Shown: piece after piece, positions 45,938 to 55,237 of the stretch
Numbering within the stretch: the first letter of the stretch is position 1
How the letters are laid out: every line of letters begins with the position of its first letter
From: Pseudomonadota bacterium
GTDB taxonomy: Bacteria; Pseudomonadota; Alphaproteobacteria; UBA1280; JAAZVW01
Direction of reading: 5' to 3'
Assembly: GCA_018623135.1 (NCBI GenBank)
Contig: JAAZVW010000003.1
Span: forward strand, 977 to 64,976
Length of the DNA stretch: 64,000 bases
The notes under the pieces: model-generated
What the model saw: only the letters and a program-made list of their open reading frames with translations
Databases searched by the model: none
Told to the model about the DNA's origin: nothing
Position numbers and translations under genes: made by a program

Positions 45938-45948
45938 ATGCTGTGTTG

Positions 45949-46869
45949 TTATAACTTAAGCGCTTCTAAAACATCTTTTACGCTATTGTCATCTATTTTT
46001 TTCTGGTGAATAACGCTAAAACCTTTGGCTTTTGGGGCGCATCTGCGCCAATTACTGCCTGGACTTTCTTCGCCAAATATAGTGAGTCCTTTAGGGCATA
46101 AAGAGGCAGCAGCAATGTGCATTGGCCCTGTATCGTTACCTATAGCGCAAGCAGATTTTTGGAAAAGATCAATAAGCTCTCCGATAGATGTTTGGTTGCA
46201 CAAATTAAGAGCTTTTGTTTGTTTGGCGATGTTGTTTAAGTCTTGTTCTTCTGCTTTTGTGCCAACAAGTACGGTTGGTATATTTTTTTGCTCAAGTTCT
46301 TTAATAAGCTCAACATACTTACCCCAGCGTTTTTTAGGGTGCTGTGGTGAGCAACCTGCAACAATTACAGCGTAGGTACCTTTTTTTAGGTTGTGCTTTT
46401 TCAAAATGGGGCTGGCATTTTCTTGGGCATATGTCACATCTGGCTTGTGAGAGGTATTTATGTTTGCCTGTTTCAGCTGGTCCTCAATACGATCAAGGTT
46501 ATGTAAAGCTCTTCTATCTTCTAAAATTTGAGGATGAGAGCAGCCTTTTGCAATGCCAGACCATTTAGGCTTGCCAGCAAGTTTAAAATACCAATTTGTG
46601 CGGTCATTATTTTGTAAGTCGTACACCATATCAAATTCTTTTAGAAATTTTTTAAGAGTGCACATGTTTTTTAATTGCCAAAACTTAGGTTTGGGGTCTA
46701 TTGCAATTTGGTTAAAAGCGGGGTGTTTTTCAGCTAAAAACATCATAGGTTTAGATGTCATAAGGGTTATTTCAGCATGAGGATGTGCGGCACGAATGTC
46801 ATTAAAAACACCTGTAGCCTGAATAAAATCACCCAATGCGCTTAATTTAATAACTAAAACACGTTCCAT
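45949..46869 (-). CDS. Glycosyltransferase family 9 (LPS heptosyltransferase-like)
   Basis: 306 aa with VLVIKLSALGDFIQATGVFNDIRAAHPHAEITLMT and C-terminal IGNDTGPMHIAAA, typical of RfaF/RfaC-type enzymes. Confidence 0.8.
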   Translation of the reverse strand: MERVLVIKLSALGDFIQATGVFNDIRAAHPHAEITLMTSKPMMFLAEKHPAFNQIAIDPKPKFWQLKNMCTLKKFLKEFDMVYDLQNNDRTNWYFKLAGKPKWSGIAKGCSHPQILEDRRALHNLDRIEDQLKQANINTSHKPDVTYAQENASPILKKHNLKKGTYAVIVAGCSPQHPKKRWGKYVELIKELEQKNIPTVLVGTKAEEQDLNNIAKQTKALNLCNQTSIGELIDLFQKSACAIGNDTGPMHIAAASLCPKGLTIFGEESPGSNWRRCAPKAKGFSVIHQKKIDDNSVKDVLEALKL

Positions 46870-46870
46870 A

Positions 46871-48016
46871 CTAAGCGCTTTCTGTTGTGTTGTTTAATAC
46901 ATCTAAATAAACCGAAAACTCGGCAGCGCACATTTTATCTACGGTGAATTCTGGTGCCCAATCTAAGCATTTTTGGCTCATGGTTTTATAAGTGGCATCA
47001 TCCATACGTAAGGCTATTTCAAGCTTTTTACTTAAGTCTTCTTTATCTTTAGGAATAAAGTGTAAGCCTGTTTGCTTATCTTTAACCGTTTCTAATGCTC
47101 CGCCGTGGGCTGCCGCAATAACGGGTTTGCCCATGGCTTGTGCTTCTACTAAAGTGCGGCCAAAGGCTTCAGGGTCTAAAGCTGCTGATATCATAAAGTC
47201 ACCTGCAGCGTAAACAGAAGCCATGTCTGTATGGCTGCCTGCAAAAATAATTTTATCTTCTAGGTTTAGCTCTTTAATACGTGCTTCTAAACGCTCTTTA
47301 AAGGCTTGTTTTTTACCGCCAGCTGTGCCACCTATAAAAATAGCTTTGTAGGGTTGTTTAATATCTGCAAGAGCTTCAATAAATAAGCTCTGACCTTTCC
47401 AGCCTGTGATGCGACCAGGGAAGAGTAAAACCTTGTCATCTTCTTTAATCTGCCACTGCTTACGTAGTTCCGTTACTTTGTCTTTGTTGATTTTTGTAAG
47501 GTTAAAGCGTTGTGGGTCGTAACAACGTTTGGCAATGCTTACTTTTTGCATATCTACATCGTAATTTTTTTGGATATGATCGTAAATAAATTGCGAAATG
47601 GCAATAATACGCGCCCCTTTAAGCATGCAGGCGTTATATGTTTTTTTAAGGCTGTTTTGTAAGCCATAGGTACCGTGGAAAGTGCTGATCCATGGGGTTT
47701 GTGTAAGGGCGCATGCAAGCCTAACAGACCAAGCTGGTGCGCGAGAGCGTACATGCACAAGGTCAACTTGCTGTTCTTTAATGATGTTTTTAAGTGCAAA
47801 AGCATTCTTAATAAGTGTTACAGGGTTCTTTTTGTGTAGGGGTAAGCAAAAGTGCTCAGAACTTTCTTCTTCTAATTTACTTACAAGTCCACCGCCGTTG
47901 GATGCCACTAAAGAGCGCCAGCCCTGCTCAATAATATATGCGCCCATTTCTAAGGTGCCGATTTCAACACCGCCTTGTTCTAGTGCTGGGGTAACTTGTA
48001 AAATGGTCTTGCGCAT
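46871..48016 (-). CDS. Glycosyltransferase, GT1-type (CAZy GT4-like)
   Basis: 381 aa with GGVEIGTLEM, LLFPGRITGWKG and EAFGRTLVEAQAMGKPVIA (the EX7E region). It lies 1 nt upstream of the GT9 gene. Confidence 0.8.
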   Translation of the reverse strand: MRKTILQVTPALEQGGVEIGTLEMGAYIIEQGWRSLVASNGGGLVSKLEEESSEHFCLPLHKKNPVTLIKNAFALKNIIKEQQVDLVHVRSRAPAWSVRLACALTQTPWISTFHGTYGLQNSLKKTYNACMLKGARIIAISQFIYDHIQKNYDVDMQKVSIAKRCYDPQRFNLTKINKDKVTELRKQWQIKEDDKVLLFPGRITGWKGQSLFIEALADIKQPYKAIFIGGTAGGKKQAFKERLEARIKELNLEDKIIFAGSHTDMASVYAAGDFMISAALDPEAFGRTLVEAQAMGKPVIAAAHGGALETVKDKQTGLHFIPKDKEDLSKKLEIALRMDDATYKTMSQKCLDWAPEFTVDKMCAAEFSVYLDVLNNTTESA

Positions 48017-48083
48017 TTTTAGGGGCTCTCTTATAGTTAAAGTCTTCTTAATATGTTTAGTAAATAACAGGGATTATAAACCG

Positions 48084-48866
48084 ATGTCAAATGAGTTGCC
48101 ACAAAAGAATCCATCCTTTTTAAAAACAGACATAGGTCGCATTGCTTATGAATATGTAGCAGGGGATGAAAGCTATCCAACCGTTGTTTTTTTACACGGT
48201 TTACATTCAGATATGTATGGCACAAAAATTGTTGAAATCATTCCTCATTTAAAAGCGCTTAATATTCCTTATTTGCGCCTTGAATATTTTGGTCATGGTG
48301 ATTCAGATGGCGAGTTTGAGTTTTTTACAATCTCTAAAGCAGTAGAAAGTGCCCAAAGTGTTATTAAACATTTAGGGCTTAAAAATATTGTTTGTTCGGG
48401 TGCTTCTACGGGTGGTTGGGTAACGCTTTTATTGGCTAAAAAATTGCCAGAAGTAAAAGGGATTCTTACAATTGCAGCTGCACCTGATTTTACAGAAGAT
48501 TTATATTGGGCGCCTTTGCCAAAAGAAGAACAACAAGATTGGCAAGAAAAAGGCGTACGTATTGAAGATGGCTTTGAGGAAGGTCAAACTTTCCGTATTG
48601 GTTTTGATCTTATAGAAGATGGTCGTAAAAACTTTTTGATCCGTAACGATGACATTGAAAATATTTATACCCCTGCACGTATTTTGCATGGTATGTCCGA
48701 TGATGTTGTGCCTTATGAAACCTCCCAACTTATTGCAGAGCGTATAGGTTCTGCCGATGTTCAATTGCATCTTATCAAAGAAGCAGATCATAGATTTTCA
48801 GATGAAGAAGCTCTAAAGGTTTACAAATTCCATCTTTTAGGCCTTTTAAATCAGCTTAAAGCTTGA
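48084..48866 (+). CDS. Alpha/beta hydrolase, tandem copy 1
   Basis: Starts at MSNELPQKN (ATG at 48084). VVFLHGLHSDMYG, nucleophile elbow GASTGG, HGMSDDVVP and ADHRF. The track's longer ORF (from 47682) is antisense to the GT gene. Confidence 0.7.
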   Translation: MSNELPQKNPSFLKTDIGRIAYEYVAGDESYPTVVFLHGLHSDMYGTKIVEIIPHLKALNIPYLRLEYFGHGDSDGEFEFFTISKAVESAQSVIKHLGLKNIVCSGASTGGWVTLLLAKKLPEVKGILTIAAAPDFTEDLYWAPLPKEEQQDWQEKGVRIEDGFEEGQTFRIGFDLIEDGRKNFLIRNDDIENIYTPARILHGMSDDVVPYETSQLIAERIGSADVQLHLIKEADHRFSDEEALKVYKFHLLGLLNQLKA

Positions 48867-48966
48867 TTTTACTTAAAATATAGTCATATAAATAAGGATT
48901 GCTCACTGCTGAATTATTCAGCCTTTTCTTTTTATAGCTAAGGGTAACTGCCCTTAAGGATATTTT

Positions 48967-49731
48967 ATGTCTTCCACTTCTTACGAAGTTCTGGAAACCC
49001 CTCGTGGGGATATCGCCTATGATTACCATATGGGTGATCATGGCGCACCGGTTGTTCTTTTCATTCATGGTCTGGAGGCAGACATGAATGGTGATAAAAT
49101 CACCACATGGATGCCAGAACTAAAAAACCAGGGTTATGGCATTTTACGCCTTGATCTTAATGGTCATGGTGTAAGCTACGGAGATCTTGAAAACTTCAAG
49201 ATCGGCCATGCGGTTGCAGATATTTGCGACCTCTTGGATGAGTTAAAGCTGGAAAAGGTGTTGCTGTTAGCTTCATCTGTAGGTGCTTGGGCTGGCATGC
49301 TGGTCGCAAAAAAACGACCAGAGATTAAAGGAATGATTGCTTTGGCACCTGCGGTGAATGCCTTGGATGAGGTGTTTTTAAAACCTCAACTGGCATGTAA
49401 TCCGTCGCTGGAGGCAGATTGGCAAGCTAAGGGTTATTTAGTAACCCAGCATTTTGTACCAGGCAAAGAGCTGAAACTGCCATATGATATGGTGGTAGAT
49501 GCCCGTAAACATGATCTGCTTAAGGCTGATGTGTTGGCAAAAATACAGCAACCGGTCATTATTATTCATGGTATGGATGATGATGTTGTCCCGCTTGATC
49601 TCTCTAAGCGCTTGGCAGCAGATTTGCCAAATGCTCAGTTGAAGCAGCTTGCGGGAGTTGATCATCAGCTCGGATCCAATTTGGTTTTCAAGCTGGTGGA
49701 GTTCCACCTAGGAGAAATGTATCGAAACTAA
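48967..49731 (+). CDS. Alpha/beta hydrolase, tandem copy 2
   Basis: 254 aa with VVLFIHGLEADMNG, an ASSVGA elbow, HGMDDDVVP and VDHQL. Collinear with copy 1. Confidence 0.7.
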   Translation: MSSTSYEVLETPRGDIAYDYHMGDHGAPVVLFIHGLEADMNGDKITTWMPELKNQGYGILRLDLNGHGVSYGDLENFKIGHAVADICDLLDELKLEKVLLLASSVGAWAGMLVAKKRPEIKGMIALAPAVNALDEVFLKPQLACNPSLEADWQAKGYLVTQHFVPGKELKLPYDMVVDARKHDLLKADVLAKIQQPVIIIHGMDDDVVPLDLSKRLAADLPNAQLKQLAGVDHQLGSNLVFKLVEFHLGEMYRN

Positions 49732-49758
49732 AAAAAGGCGACTTCGGTCGCCTTTTTT
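49730..49758. terminator. Bidirectional intrinsic terminator
   Basis: Stem ggcgac/gtcgcc (49737-49742 and 49747-49752) with a ttcg tetraloop, flanked by an A-run and a T-run, between convergent genes. Confidence 0.8.
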
Positions 49759-49763
49759 ATGGG

Positions 49764-50636
49764 TTACATACCTAAAACAAATCCTAATGTTGCAATAAGC
49801 CCTGCAAGTGCTGTGCGCCTAAAGGTAAGGCGTGCGGTTTGCTTTTCTTCTAACTGAATGCCGTAGTAAGCATGAGATAGAATACCCTGAGCAAGCATAA
49901 GAGCTGCATAGTAAAGCCCGTTCGCATCTTTAACGATGCCTGTTAAAATAAGTAGAATTTGCGTTAAAATAAAGCAACCAGACATAAACGGGATGCGATA
50001 TTCCCCAAGCATAAGAATAATGGATTTTAAATCTGCACGGCTATCTTGCGCAACTTTAATATCGGCACGTAAGGTTTCAATACCTGTCACCCAGAAAAAG
50101 CCTACTGCAAAAAGCACAATGGCAGAAGGTGTCATCTCGCCGCCTATGGCTTGGCCAATAAGCACAGGTAAACCACCAAAAATAAGCCCTGCGTAAAATT
50201 GCGGGAACCAAGTAACTTTGTATAAATAAGGGTAGCCGACAACTAAAATACCCCATAAAATAACCATCAGTAAAACTTCTGTGCCAATAGCATGTGCTAA
50301 TGCAACTGTGGCAATGCTTAATGCAAAAAGCGCTAAAACAGAAGGTTGGGGTGCTTCTTCAGTAGGTGCATAAGGGTCGGGGTTAAGTTCAATATTTTTA
50401 TTGCTTAGATCTTCATAGAGTAAAGAGGCGCCACGCATGGCAATAATAAGTGCAATAGCAGGAATAAGTGCAAAAATAGTGCCGCCATTTGCAGTGAAAA
50501 ACCCCCAAAGCATAGGCCAAAGCATCATTAGTAAAGAAGCTGGGCGGTTCATGCGCAGGCTTATCATCATCTCACGTACTTTGGGAGGTAGCTTAAAGCT
50601 TTTAAGGTAAGAGAAAGCTTTGTGTAATTGTTGCAT
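49764..50636 (-). CDS. UbiA-superfamily membrane protein with a degenerate first Asp-rich motif
   Basis: 290 aa and polytopic. LRMNRPASLLMMLWPMLWG resembles the UbiA N-terminus, and ETLRADIKVAQDSRADLKSIILMLGE resembles the second UbiA motif region. Where NDxxDxxxD is expected, the sequence reads LLYEDLSNKNIE. Confidence 0.55.
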   Translation of the reverse strand: MQQLHKAFSYLKSFKLPPKVREMMISLRMNRPASLLMMLWPMLWGFFTANGGTIFALIPAIALIIAMRGASLLYEDLSNKNIELNPDPYAPTEEAPQPSVLALFALSIATVALAHAIGTEVLLMVILWGILVVGYPYLYKVTWFPQFYAGLIFGGLPVLIGQAIGGEMTPSAIVLFAVGFFWVTGIETLRADIKVAQDSRADLKSIILMLGEYRIPFMSGCFILTQILLILTGIVKDANGLYYAALMLAQGILSHAYYGIQLEEKQTARLTFRRTALAGLIATLGFVLGM

Positions 50637-50709
50637 CTTTTATTCCTTTAAGATCCTTTATTGTTAAGGTATAGTATGCCCTAAATTGATGAGAAGATAA
50701 AGTTACAAT

Positions 50710-51390
50710 ATGTTAAAGCAATTTTATGTAAAAGAGAGTTTAACGGCTCAAACTCTATTTAAACCAGCAGAATCTTTAAGTAAGCGTTTAAGTCGTGTAT
50801 TGCGTCTTAAGGCTTGCGATAAAATAGCCTTGTTTAACGAAGCTGGCTTGTTTGAGGCAGAACTTAAAGATGATAAAGCAAAAGAGCTGTGGATAAGCCA
50901 AAGGCTAAAAGCGCCAGTGCGACCAGAACCTGTGACACTGTTGATTTGTATGCCTAAAAAGGATGCGATGGATCGTATTTTAAGGCAAGCGACAGAAATG
51001 GGGGTAAAAGCAATTCAGCCATTGGTTTCTGATTTTACGGTAAAAGATAAGTTTAACATAGAGCGTGCTGAGCTTATTGTTGTAGAAGCAGCCGAACAGT
51101 GCGAGCGCTTATCTGTACCTGTTATTCATAAAGTTCGTACATTAAAAGAAGCTGTGCTTGAGCACTCGCAAATTTGTTGGTGTGCAGAACGTACCGATGC
51201 AAAATTTGGTGAGCCGCATTTAATGGATGAGGCGGCCTTACTTGTTGGCCCAGAAGGCGGGTTTTCAGATGTTGAAAAAGAGTATCTGCTTGCGCAAGAA
51301 CATGTTGTTCCTGTAGGTTTGGGGCGCTTTGTTTTAAGGGCAGATACAGCAGTTGTAGCGGGCTTAAGTAGGTTGCTTAATCAGCTTTAG
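50710..51390 (+). CDS. rsmE: 16S rRNA (uracil1498-N3)-methyltransferase RsmE
   Basis: 226 aa with a SPOUT C-terminus, LVGPEGGFSDVE and LGRFVLRADTA. Confidence 0.8.
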   Translation: MLKQFYVKESLTAQTLFKPAESLSKRLSRVLRLKACDKIALFNEAGLFEAELKDDKAKELWISQRLKAPVRPEPVTLLICMPKKDAMDRILRQATEMGVKAIQPLVSDFTVKDKFNIERAELIVVEAAEQCERLSVPVIHKVRTLKEAVLEHSQICWCAERTDAKFGEPHLMDEAALLVGPEGGFSDVEKEYLLAQEHVVPVGLGRFVLRADTAVVAGLSRLLNQL

Positions 51391-51440
51391 AAGTTAAAAT
51401 TTGCTTAGTTAGAATGTGTAATAAATTATTAGGGAAAAAT

Positions 51441-52496
51441 ATGCGTATATTAATGGTTGGCGGGTTTCAGTTTAAAAATGATGCTGCGCGTTATTATGAT
51501 TATAATCGTAAACTTATCAACGGATTTACCAAGCTTGGGCATCAGGTGATGACATTTTCTGATCGTGATGTGGCGCGTATGAGCAATATTTTTAAATCAC
51601 GCAAGGCAGGTATTAAGCCTTGTAATGAAAAGCTTATGGATTATATCCACCGTTTTAAACCTCATTTGGTGGTTTTTAAGCACGCAGATGTGATTACCCA
51701 AGAAACCATTCTAGAAATTAAGCATAAATATCCGCACACTAAATTGGCGCAATTAAATATTGATGCGTTGTTTAACCCGGATAATGTGGCGCGTATTAAT
51801 CATAAATCTGGTCTTATGGACGCCAATTATGTCACAACTTATGGGGAGTCTCTTTATAAAATATGCCAAAACAATGTGCCTGTTTATTATATTCCTAATA
51901 TAGTAGATAGAGCTGTAGAGGCAGGCCGAGCTTTTGAAGGTGAAAATAAAGCAGATCTTTTCTTGGCATATGGAAATGCAGCGCCAGATGATTCACGCTA
52001 TATTACCGCGCACCGTATTTTAGATGAAGCACCTGATGTATGTTTTTCGTATCATGTTTCAGCACAAGGCACAGGTCTTTGGGGTGCTGATTATATGGAT
52101 AGGTTAGCGGAGTGCGCTATGGGTCTTAATCTTTCTCGTAAAGAAGAAAAGGGCCGAGGTGGTGATATGAATGACTTATTTATGTATTCATCGGATAGGC
52201 TTGCTCATTATATGGGTAATGGCCTTCTCACTTTTTCTGATCGTGATTTTTCATTGGATGAATTGTATGAAGAAGATAAAGAAATGATCTTTTACAGCTC
52301 GGTTGATGAGCTTATTGATAAACTTAAGTATTATAAAGAACATGATGATGTTCGCCGAAAAATTGCGCAAGCAGGGTGGCAAAAAGCCCATACTGCCCAC
52401 AATGAAACATATGCAGCGCAGTTTATGTTAGAAACGCTATTTGAAAGTAAAATTTCAGACTATCAGTGGCCAACAAAGCCTTATATGAAAAGTTAA
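51441..52496 (+). CDS. CgeB-like / Glyco_trans_1_2-type glycosyltransferase-like protein
   Basis: Starts at MRILMVGGF with AGGGA upstream. C-terminal IFYSSVDELIDKLKYYKEHDDVRRKIAQAGWQKAHTAHNETY is typical of CgeB-family proteins. Confidence 0.5.
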   Translation: MRILMVGGFQFKNDAARYYDYNRKLINGFTKLGHQVMTFSDRDVARMSNIFKSRKAGIKPCNEKLMDYIHRFKPHLVVFKHADVITQETILEIKHKYPHTKLAQLNIDALFNPDNVARINHKSGLMDANYVTTYGESLYKICQNNVPVYYIPNIVDRAVEAGRAFEGENKADLFLAYGNAAPDDSRYITAHRILDEAPDVCFSYHVSAQGTGLWGADYMDRLAECAMGLNLSRKEEKGRGGDMNDLFMYSSDRLAHYMGNGLLTFSDRDFSLDELYEEDKEMIFYSSVDELIDKLKYYKEHDDVRRKIAQAGWQKAHTAHNETYAAQFMLETLFESKISDYQWPTKPYMKS

Positions 52497-52597
52497 AACC
52501 TCGGGGTTGTTGTTTTTAAAGGTTTTGCGTCTTATATAAAATTAAGGTAAGCTTTAAGCCAAATTTAATAATAAAAAATAGATAAAGGCTTTTGTAG

Positions 52598-53392
52598 ATG
52601 AAAATCTTAGCATTAGTTTTCGCTTTAGTCGTAACAGCAATGCCTGCTTTTGCAGGTACAGTACACCCATTTGGGTTCCCTGAACCAGCAACCGATTTAG
52701 GTGAAAAAATTGATGGTGTTTATACTTTCTTGTTTTGGATTGTGTTTGGTGTATTTGTTATTGTTGAAGCAGGATTGTTGTTTATGATATGGCGCTTTAG
52801 AAAGAGCCGCCAAGCAAAAGCTGCAACTTTTTCTCATAATACAATGATTGAAGTTATTTGGACAATTATCCCATCTATTATCTGTTTATCAATTGCATGG
52901 AAGTCTTATGAGGTTTTGGCGTACGCCCGTACAATGCCACAAAAAGGCATTCAAGTAGAAGCGCTTGCTTATCAATTTGGTTGGGATTTTAACTTCCCAG
53001 ATGCAGAATTTAGCGCGCCAGAAGCAGAAGGCCCAGACCCGCAGCTATCTATACCGGGTAAAGAGCGTTTTGTGAAAGATCTTGTTGTGCCTGTAAACAC
53101 AAATATTAAAGTATTGGTATCTTCTAAAGATGTGATTCATGCTTTTTATGTGCCGGGCTTAGGTACAAAAATTGATGCTATTCCTGGTCGTATTAATTAC
53201 CTTTGGTTTAATGCTAAGGAAGAAGGCTTGTTTGTAGGTCAATGTGCTGAGCTTTGTGGCTCTGCCCATGGTGAGATGTTCTTTAATGTTAAAGTTGTTT
53301 CTCAAAGTGAATGGTTAGCCTGGGCAAATAAACAGCGCCAAGAAAATGATCTGCCAGCACTTACTCAAGAAAAATTCCAAGAACTACTTTAA
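52598..53392 (+). CDS. coxB: Cytochrome c oxidase subunit II (aa3-type)
   Basis: 264 aa with a signal peptide plus two TM segments. CuA site HAFYVP...CAELCGSAHGEM. No fused cytochrome c domain. Confidence 0.92.
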   Translation: MKILALVFALVVTAMPAFAGTVHPFGFPEPATDLGEKIDGVYTFLFWIVFGVFVIVEAGLLFMIWRFRKSRQAKAATFSHNTMIEVIWTIIPSIICLSIAWKSYEVLAYARTMPQKGIQVEALAYQFGWDFNFPDAEFSAPEAEGPDPQLSIPGKERFVKDLVVPVNTNIKVLVSSKDVIHAFYVPGLGTKIDAIPGRINYLWFNAKEEGLFVGQCAELCGSAHGEMFFNVKVVSQSEWLAWANKQRQENDLPALTQEKFQELL

Positions 53393-53398
53393 TATATT

Positions 53399-54361
53399 AT
53401 GACTCTAGATACACAATCAAAAGCATATAAAAGTATGCGAGGCTTAAGCCTCGCTGCTATGCTTATTACCTTCATTCTTATTGTTGTAGGTGCCACAGTC
53501 CGTGTTTACGATGCAGGGATGAGCTGCCCAGACTGGCCTAAATGTTATGGCCTTTGGTGGCCGTTTCCTGTGCCAGCAGGTTCAGAGTATTCTAATTTTG
53601 AAGTGTTTTTGGAGTGGGTACATAGGCTTATTGCAATGATTGTAGGCTTTATTATGCTGCCTCTTTTATATTTAGCTGTTAAAAACCGCAAATCCTTCCC
53701 CGCCTTTTTTAAGGTAACAATTCTGTCTTTTATTCTTCTTTTTAGCCAAGTAAAAATGGGCGCAGTTACGGTATGGTTCTCTAACATTAATTGGTCTGTT
53801 GCTTTGCACTTGGGTAACGCTATGTTGTTTTTAGCAACTTTAGTGGTATTACGTATGCTTACAAGTAGGCCTGTCAATCCACAAGGGATTCAGGTGTCGC
53901 GCGGTTTTAAAGGTATGTTGCATGGTTTTACCTTTGTTTTATTTTGTACGATGATTATGGGTGCTATGGTTTCTAGCTCATACGCTGGTGGTGTTTGTGG
54001 CGGATTATTTAGTTGCCAAGGCCAGTGGTGGCCAAGCGTAACAACAGAGCAGCTACATATGCTACACAGAGCCCTTGCCTTAATAACAATTTTGTTAGCG
54101 CTTGCATTGCATCAAAAATCTAAAAAGGAAGAAGAGACAATACGTACTTCCGTTAGTCGTTTAGATAAGATGGTTGGTGGTCAACTTCTGTTAGGATTGA
54201 TTACTCTTTATAGTTTTGAATATTATCCAGAATATTATCAGCTTTTAAGTGTAACGCATTTAGCTTGGGGTACGTTGCTTTTTGTTGTTGCTGTTACTAT
54301 TATTGGCAAAACATATTTAGGCCCCAAAGTGCAACATAGTAAATATTTCCCGGGACATTAA
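53399..54361 (+). CDS. ctaA: Heme A synthase (CtaA/COX15 family)
   Basis: 320 aa with 8 TM segments. His ligand motifs EWVHR, ALHLGNA, HMLHR and VTHLAWG. Cys pairs CPDWPKC and CGGLFSC lie in the two outer loops. Confidence 0.85.
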   Translation: MTLDTQSKAYKSMRGLSLAAMLITFILIVVGATVRVYDAGMSCPDWPKCYGLWWPFPVPAGSEYSNFEVFLEWVHRLIAMIVGFIMLPLLYLAVKNRKSFPAFFKVTILSFILLFSQVKMGAVTVWFSNINWSVALHLGNAMLFLATLVVLRMLTSRPVNPQGIQVSRGFKGMLHGFTFVLFCTMIMGAMVSSSYAGGVCGGLFSCQGQWWPSVTTEQLHMLHRALALITILLALALHQKSKKEEETIRTSVSRLDKMVGGQLLLGLITLYSFEYYPEYYQLLSVTHLAWGTLLFVVAVTIIGKTYLGPKVQHSKYFPGH

Positions 54362-54364
54362 TAG

Positions 54365-55225
54365 ATGTTAGGTGACTTTCTTCAGCTTATGAAGCCGCGT
54401 ATTTTAGTGCTTTTGGTTATTACCTGTTTTTGTGCCATGTTGGTTGCTTCTGGTGGTGACTTGTCTTTAGTTACATGGGATCTTGTTGTGGTTACTTGTT
54501 TAGGCTTAGCTGTTTCTGCTGGTGGTGCCAATGCTATTAATATGTGGTTTGACCAAGATATAGATAAGCTTATGGAGCGCACAAAAAAACGCCCAGTACC
54601 AGCAGGTCGACTTTCTGCAAACACAGCCCTTGTTTTTGGTGTTTTGTGCGGTGTTGTTAGTTTTGCGGCTCTTTATTTTTATGTTAACCCACTTACAGCT
54701 TATATGTCGCTTTCTGGCTATTTGTTTTATGTATTAATTTATACGATGCTGCTAAAGCGCCGTACAACACAAAATATAGTTATTGGTGGCGCGGCAGGTG
54801 CTTTCCCGCCGCTTGTGGGTTGGGCTGCTGTACAAGATGAGCTTTCTTTAGCTGCTTGGGCGATGTTTGGTATTATCTTTTTTTGGACACCGCCGCATTT
54901 TTGGGCTTTAGCACTCAAAAAAAATACAGATTATACAAAAGCTAAAGTGCCGATGCTTCCTGTTATTAAAGGAGAGGCAGAGACTAAGCTGCAAATTGTC
55001 TATTATTTACTTATTTTGATTCCAATCACTCTTGGTATGGCTATTTTTAATGGGTTTGGATTTATTTATCTTGTTTCGGCAGCTGTTTTAGGTGGCTACT
55101 GGCTGTATATTTCGGTTCAGTTGATGAAGTCTAAAACAATAGAGTTAGCGATGCCTTGTTTTAAATTTTCATTGTACTACCTTGCCTTTTTATTTTTGGC
55201 AATGGTCGTTGATACTTTTATCTAG
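54365..55225 (+). CDS. ctaB: Protoheme IX farnesyltransferase (heme O synthase)
   Basis: 286 aa with NMWFDQDIDKLMERTKKRP (the UbiA-superfamily Asp-rich motif) and WTPPHFWALA. Confidence 0.92.
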   Translation: MLGDFLQLMKPRILVLLVITCFCAMLVASGGDLSLVTWDLVVVTCLGLAVSAGGANAINMWFDQDIDKLMERTKKRPVPAGRLSANTALVFGVLCGVVSFAALYFYVNPLTAYMSLSGYLFYVLIYTMLLKRRTTQNIVIGGAAGAFPPLVGWAAVQDELSLAAWAMFGIIFFWTPPHFWALALKKNTDYTKAKVPMLPVIKGEAETKLQIVYYLLILIPITLGMAIFNGFGFIYLVSAAVLGGYWLYISVQLMKSKTIELAMPCFKFSLYYLAFLFLAMVVDTFI

Positions 55226-55237
55226 AAAGTTAAACCG

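Noticed and set aside
47682-48083. N-terminal 134 codons of the track's 394-aa plus-strand ORF
   Set aside because: This part runs antisense through the well-supported GT1 gene (46871-48016) and has a Cys/Ser/Thr-rich nonsense composition. The alpha/beta-hydrolase homology begins only at MSNELPQ (ATG at 48084), so the real gene is 48084-48866.
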